NCBI GenBank assembly: GCA_964188305.1
Contig: OZ076899.1
Strand: one strand, 5' to 3'
Origin: Podarcis bocagei
Taxonomy: Eukaryota
DNA length: 64,000 bases
In this document: in pieces, positions 59,401 through 64,000 of the stretch
How the letters are laid out: the number at the start of each line of letters is the position of its first letter
How positions within the stretch are numbered: position 1 is the first letter of the stretch
Translations under genes and position numbers: made by a program
The notes under the pieces: model-generated
Seen by the model: only the letters and a program-made list of their open reading frames with translations
What the model was told of the DNA's origin: nothing
Database searches by the model: none

Positions 59401-62400
59401 CACCACCATTACAGCCCCGTGACGTCAGCACGCAGCGTCACGCCGGGAGGGATGCACGAAAGTGTAAGTTTCAATTTTTTCCCCTCCCCCTTGCCGGGGA
59501 ACCTCCAAGCTTTGGGGGTGGGGGGGGAGGAGGCAGCAAAGCGAGGCAGGAAGGAGAGCGCGGCTTGGCTGGGTGAGCTTTGGCAGGGAATGAGAGCCGC
59601 GAGGCGGGCGCTGCGGACGGAGGCGCTGCCCGCCGAGCTTGCAGGCAGCCAGGCAGGCAGACAGCGAGAGCCCCGCGCTGGGCGGCCTCTCCTCGCCGCC
59701 GCCGCCCCGCCTCTCGTCGCCCGACTCGCCCGCCTCCCTCCAGGCAACATCTCGCGGCACACTAGTGTGCCGCGGAACAGTGGTTGGGAAACACTGAGTT
59801 AGTTTCCAGGCGCAATTCAAAGTGCTGGTTTTGACCTATAAAGTCTTAGGTGCCCCCCCCCCCCGAACTGACCCAAACCCTGCAATCAGCATCTGAGGCC
59901 CTTCTTTTGGGGCCTCTCCACAGGCGTTCTGGAAGATGGCAACATGAGAAAGGGTCTTTTCATTGGTCTAGCTCCCTGCTAGTGGAATGCTTGCTCAGGG
60001 CAGGTTTGCCTGGCACCATTGTTGCATATCCTTAAGTGCTATGCAAAAACATACCTTTTTAATCATTTGGATTTTAACTATCAGTGGCCTTTTTGTGTTG
60101 GTGAGATGTTTTAATGTAGATGGTTATTTTCCAATGCTGGTTTTAATGTATGTGTTTGGTTTTTTGCTTAAAATATTCTAACTCGCTTTGAGTTGCTGTG
60201 GCAAAAAAATGACTAATAAACTTCATAAATAATAATTAAAAAACCCTTTTTTTTACTTAGACTTTTGGTTCTAATAAACAAATTACAGTGGTGCCTCGCA
60301 AGACAAAATTAATTTGTTCCGCAAGTCTCTTCGTCTTCCGAGTTTTTCGTCTTGCGATGCACGGTTTCCCATAGGAATGCATTGAAAATCAATTAATGTG
60401 TTCCTAGGGAAACCGCCTTCAGACCAGGTCCGGGGACAGTCTGTCCCCGGACCTCTTCTGAAGGCTGGGGGGGGGGGACAAGGGCTTTTCTTCCCACCCC
60501 CAGCATTTTAAAAAACCCCAGGACAGGGGAGGACTTCTCCGCTGTCCGGGCGATCTTAAAATGCTGGCGGGCGGCATTTTAAAATCGCCCCGGGACAGCG
60601 GAGGACTTCTCTGCTGTCCGGGGCAATTTAAAAGCCCCTGGGAAGGCAGGCAGGGGGGACAGAGACTTTTGCCCCCCCCCCCGCCAGCCTTCAGAAGAGG
60701 TCCTGGACCTCTTCTGAAGGCGGGCGGGGGGCGAAAGTCTTTGCTCCCCCCCGCCTGCCTTCAAAAGCCCTCCGGGACAGGCAGGCAGGGGGGAGCAAAG
60801 ACTTTCGCCCCCCGCCCGCCTTCAGAAGGTGTTCCCGCCCCGCCGCCCGGCTTCGGAGCACCGTTCCGAAGCCGGGCGGCGGCGGGAGGTGTTCCCTCCC
60901 CCCCGCCCGGCTTCGGAGCACCGTTCCGAAGCCGGGCTGCGGCGGGAGGTGTTCCCTCCCCGCTGCCCAGCTTCGGAGGAGCCTTCCGAAGCCCGGCGGC
61001 GGCGGGAGGAGGTGTCCCCGCCCCGCCGCCAGGCTTCGGAGGAGGTCCGAGGACAGTTGGGAAGACGCGCTGCGCTTCCCCGCTGTCCCTGAGATTTCCC
61101 TATGGGCTGTCGTCTTGCGAAGCAAGCCCATAGGGAAATTCATTTTGCGAAGCGCCTCCAAAATGGAAAACCCTTTCGTCTAGCGGGTTTTCCGTTTTGC
61201 GAGGCGTTCGTCTTGCGGCGTACCACTGTACTCTACTATTGCTTTTGGATACCCTTTTTCTAATGGACCAAAATTTCTTCCCACGTTGTTTTGTCTACTA
61301 AAACTGCATACTATTCCTTGGTGTGGTGCTTAAAAGTCAGGTGGAATGTGATTTTCTTGAGTTGGTGTTTAAGCATTTTATTCAGGCAACAACTCCTTTA
61401 AACAATGGTTTTTGCAACTCCACTGGAATTCTGTAGATAGAATATTGATTTATCTTATAAAATGATATGCATGGATTCTGATTCTTTGTTTCTGTGACAG
61501 AAGTTGTAAAGTTAATAGATTACATATAGCAACATACCTACTGAGAAGGAGCAATTTCATTTAAAACATGTCATTAGGAACAAAGTCTAGGACTTGAAAT
61601 ATCAGAAATGCTATGGAAATGCATATAAAAGAAAACAGAAGAGGTGAATAAGTTCCCCTTCATTCTGTAATAGTTGAGTTCAGTTAAAGACAGGTGTTTT
61701 TCCTAATTCAGCTAGGTGCTGCTAAGGAATCAGTGTTTTGCACAGGTATCCTAGTTGGACGACAAACTGAAGAACAAAAACAAAACAAAAAGCACCACCC
61801 CGCTCAGTTGTTTGGGAGTTGAAAGTCTGGCAGTGTGAGGGGTATCACCAGATTGAATCAAGAAAACCAAAGGAAAACCTTAATAGCTTAATTTATCCAA
61901 TTCATTATACGCAAAATAGCTCTTAGTCAGAAGTGACTTCTGATTTCACTAGTGATTTCCTTGAACACAGAAGACACTCTCACATTGAAAACCAGCAGTG
62001 GCATCTGAGGAAGAACTTCTGCTTGAAAAACATCAGGCACAAACATGTTTGAGATGTGGTTTGTTAACAAGTAAACTGCTTTTTCAGCACCTTGGGTTCA
62101 CCTCTAATTGAGGAGGTATGGGAGGGAACGCTTACAGATAACTGAAGTAGTATAAAGTTAGCTAAGAAGAGGATTTGCCTTTGGCGCTAGGTAGTATGCC
62201 ACTTGTGAAAGTATATATGTTCCAAGGAAGGCTCTTGGAATACGGTGGGGGGTGGCGGGACAAAGTATTCAGGTTTTGTCCACACATCTTGCTTGGAAGG
62301 GCTGCCAATTACCTCTGGGAGCGATATGACTGGAAAATACCATTTTCATTTCTCTTTTATTAGTGCTTGGATTAAAGTGGAGCAGCTGAAGCCTTATCAT

Positions 62401-63233
62401 GCCCACAAAGAGGAAATGATCAAAATTAACAAAGGCAAGAGGTTCCAGCAAGCTGTGGATGCTGTGGAAGAATTCCTCAAAAAAGGCAAAGGCAAGGACC
62501 AGGTGAGTGTCCTTTCATTTAGTTTTGCCTCCTGACACCGTTCCCTGGAATAATGAATAAAATGCTTCCGTTTTTACTTCATTGCCAGGTAGGTGTGACA
62601 GACTATGTCTCAAGAATTATACTATGGAGCAGTGATTAGGATCACATTTAAAGTTGTAAAGCAGTTAAGTTTCACAATTCTGTTCCCTCTCTGACATCCT
62701 TAAAGTGAACAGTGACAAAAGGATCGGCTGGATCTCCTTACAGCGTTGGAATGTGTTTGCTATGCACTCTGGAGTTAGAACTTTTTTTCCCTCATAAAGT
62801 AGGTGTCTGCCTAGAACACACAGCTGTGCTTTGCCTCTCCTTGTCTGTTCTAAATAGTAGCTTGAACCTGCTAAAACCCTGAGTTCAGGGTCCTTGGCAT
62901 TCTTCGGATATCTGGCAAAACTCATGTTTGGATTTTGTGAGTTTGGGGACAACAAAATCCATGCCAGCTCATGCCCCTTCTTTTCCTCATCCTCTCTGTT
63001 CTGTAATCTCTCAGGCTTCTCATAACTCCACCGAAGAGAAGAATCGGCGGAATTCGAGTGAAGAGAGGGGCAAGCAGTCAGTGGGAGAAGAGAAACACAA
63101 AGCCAATTTGTCTGAAGGGAAGCCGAAGAAGAGGGTGTCTTCCGTTTCTTCAGAGCGAGGCTCAAAATCCCCTCTGAAGAGAACGTATGAGCAAAGCCCC
63201 CGGAAGCGAGGGCGCCCCCCTAAAGATGAGAAG
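41414..63233 (+). CDS. GLYR1: GLYR1 / NPAC (cytokine-like nuclear factor N-PAC), 5' part. join(41414..41469,51828..51864,53466..53545,62364..62502,63015..63233); continues beyond the window
   Basis: The spliced product [70 protein letters not shown].. is the GLYR1 PWWP domain. Exon 5 ends with the AT-hook [12 protein letters not shown]. All introns are GT..AG with matching phases. Confidence 0.96.
45724..46285. mobile_element. Tc1/mariner-pogo-type MITE (family A), interrupted by the Sauria SINE
   Basis: TA flanks; TIR CAGTGGTACCTCGGGTTA / TAACCCGAGGTACCACTG. Confidence 0.88.
45743..46093 (+). mobile_element. Full-length Sauria-type SINE
   Basis: GGGACGCGGGTGGCGCTGTGG.. head with B-box GGTTCGAATCC, (ACCTTT)n tail, 13-bp TSD TACCTCGGGTTAA (45730-45742 and 46094-46106). 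Confidence 0.9.
47272..47491. mobile_element. Tc1/mariner-pogo-type MITE (family A)
   Basis: TA flanks, TIR CA(C)TGGTACCTCAGGTT / AACCTGAGGTACCACTG, body shared with the 45724 and 50210 copies. Confidence 0.88.
48304..48431. mobile_element. Short palindromic hAT-type MITE
   Basis: 21-bp perfect TIR CAGTGTTTCTCAAACTTGGGT; TSD ATCTAGGC / GTCTAGGC. Confidence 0.85.
50210..50405. mobile_element. Tc1/mariner-pogo-type MITE (family A)
   Basis: TA flanks, same TIRs and body. Confidence 0.88.
51828..51864 (+). CDS. GLYR1: GLYR1 exon 2 ([16 protein letters not shown] motif)
   Basis: ctatag acceptor, AAG/gtgagt donor, 37 nt. Confidence 0.95.
53466..53545 (+). CDS. GLYR1: GLYR1 exon 3 ([26 protein letters not shown])
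   Basis: tctcag acceptor, CA/gtatgt donor, 80 nt. Confidence 0.95.
54357..54413 (+). CDS. GLYR1: Putative alternative in-frame GLYR1 cassette exon (+19 aa in the PWWP domain)
   Basis: pyrimidine tract and ttcaag acceptor, GAG/gtatta donor, 57 nt, phase 2-2, no stop in the GLYR1 frame. Confidence 0.55.
55157..55214. repeat. 29-bp tandem duplication
   Basis: ACCAAAC(T/C)AAATAGCAGTATGGCATGTAG x2. Confidence 0.85.
57064..58263. mobile_element. 1.2-kb hAT-like non-autonomous element
   Basis: Imperfect TIR TAGGCCTGGGCAAT / ATCGCCAAGCCCTA and perfect 8-bp TSD GTTACCTC. Confidence 0.85.
58296..58608. mobile_element. Truncated TA-flanked DNA-transposon relic (CCGTATT.. end, pogo/Tigger-like)
   Basis: TA-CCGTATTGGCCTGAATATAAG start and CACGG-TA end; the right TIR is mostly lost. 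Confidence 0.5.
59339..59796. mobile_element. hAT (Charlie-like) MITE, GC-rich interior
   Basis: Perfect 15-bp TIR CAGTGTTTCCCAACC and perfect 8-bp TSD AGTTAGTT. Confidence 0.92.
60286..61228. mobile_element. Family B element (opposite orientation to the 30457 copy) with a GC-rich palindromic and tandem-repeat interior
   Basis: TA flanks, TIR CAGTGGTGCCTCGCAAGAC / GTCTTGCGGCGTACCACTG, about 120 bp of terminal homology to 30457-30766. Confidence 0.88.
60827..61050. repeat. 60-bp tandem repeat (about 3.7 units), each unit a hairpin
   Basis: Consecutive 60-nt lines align. Unit 1 has a perfect 17-bp stem CGCCGCCCGGCTTCGGA (60841-60857 / 60865-60881). Confidence 0.9.
62364..62502 (+). CDS. GLYR1: GLYR1 exon 4 ([24 protein letters not shown])
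   Basis: tattag acceptor, CAG/gtgagt donor, 139 nt. Confidence 0.95.
63015..63233 (+). CDS. GLYR1: GLYR1 exon 5 ([24 protein letters not shown]-hook)
   Basis: tctcag acceptor, AAG/gtttgt donor, 219 nt. Confidence 0.93.
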
Positions 63234-64000
63234 GTTTGTGTTTTGCATCTCCTCCCATGCTCTGTGAGCTTGTCCAGATGGAATGTAACCTTAACAGCCA
63301 ACCAGATGACTTCATTGTTGTGGCCATTTGAAAAGTTGCATGTGTTAACTGTTCAAGGGTCCACCAGGCAATTCCTTTATTCCTCAGCCATAATCATTTA
63401 TATTCGTTGGCTCTTCCAAAGTGCTCAGCTTTAGAAGTTTCATGGAGTGGCTCCTCTCTCTGGGAAATCCAACGAGATAACACCATTTTTCCATCTTGTT
63501 GCACGCTAACCAAGGAAATGGAGCACAATTTCACCGTCAATAGTGGTATATGTTAACATCTCCATCTCATTTGTGCGTTTGGTCAGATGACAGCCCTTTC
63601 CATCTCATCCTTTCTCCGGTGCGGTCAGGCTGGAAAAGGGCCAGTTGCCTTGATAGATGAGCACGAAGAAAGCTTCTAGAAGTGGATTACGTAGCCAGAA
63701 GACGTCCGTTTCTATGCATTCCTAATTCTTTGCCAGCCTTTGATTGCTCACCCCCCGTTGTGGTCTGTCCCATCCTTGGACACTTGACAGATGTTCACTA
63801 GCGGAACGTGGCCACCTCTATCTATTCAAGAAAGTTGGAATCTCCTGGCGGTTGATGTTACCTACTTCAATTCTTACCAGTTGAATGGATTACTATAATG
63901 CTAATGCTCCACAAGGCTGAATCTGAATGCCACTAAGAAGCATAAGACAGGATTACTAATCAGCTAAGATTTACTAGAATTGCATTCCACTCATTTTCAG

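Noticed and set aside
57295-59820. Cluster of 60-155 aa ORFs in GLYR1 intron 3
   Set aside because: They fall within TSD-bounded non-autonomous elements and have no transposase or other domain motifs.
60561-61161. 190-aa and 156-aa repeat-containing ORFs, and a CRISPR-like look of the hairpin repeats
   Set aside because: They lie inside a TIR-bounded element and arise from GC-rich 60-bp repeats. The units are contiguous with no unique spacers, no cas genes are present, and the DNA is eukaryotic.
63985-64000. Window ends in tcattttcag, possibly the GLYR1 exon 6 acceptor
   Set aside because: Cannot be tested without downstream sequence.

Overview
This is eukaryotic, vertebrate genomic DNA, almost certainly from a squamate and most likely a lacertid lizard (it carries a Sauria-type SINE and Squam3-like tRNA-derived SINEs). 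It holds three intron-containing genes in the same arrangement as human 16p13.3. (1) The 3' ten coding exons of periplakin (PPL, + strand, 76-9658). (2) The complete ubinuclein-1 gene (UBN1, - strand, 17 coding exons, 14699-37118, 1149 aa when spliced by hand), convergent with PPL. (3) The first five coding exons of GLYR1/NPAC (+ strand, 41414-63233, PWWP and AT-hook), head-to-head with UBN1 across a CpG-island bidirectional promoter. Introns are full of non-autonomous hAT and Tc1/mariner-pogo-type elements with clear TIRs and TSDs, SINEs, and CR1, L2 and L1 fragments, several of them nested. Almost all other ORF-track entries are noise. The best leads are a frame-preserving 57-nt cassette exon that would insert 19 aa into the GLYR1 PWWP domain (with stop-containing longer versions), a regulated-looking UBN1 penultimate exon with up to four possible C-termini, a dense uORF cluster in the UBN1 leader, a cluster of CLEAR/E-boxes in the shared promoter, a 128-nt intronic hairpin, and a transposon family whose copies carry different, palindrome-built interiors. 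No database searches were run. Gene identities come from recognising the proteins, and novelty is unverified.
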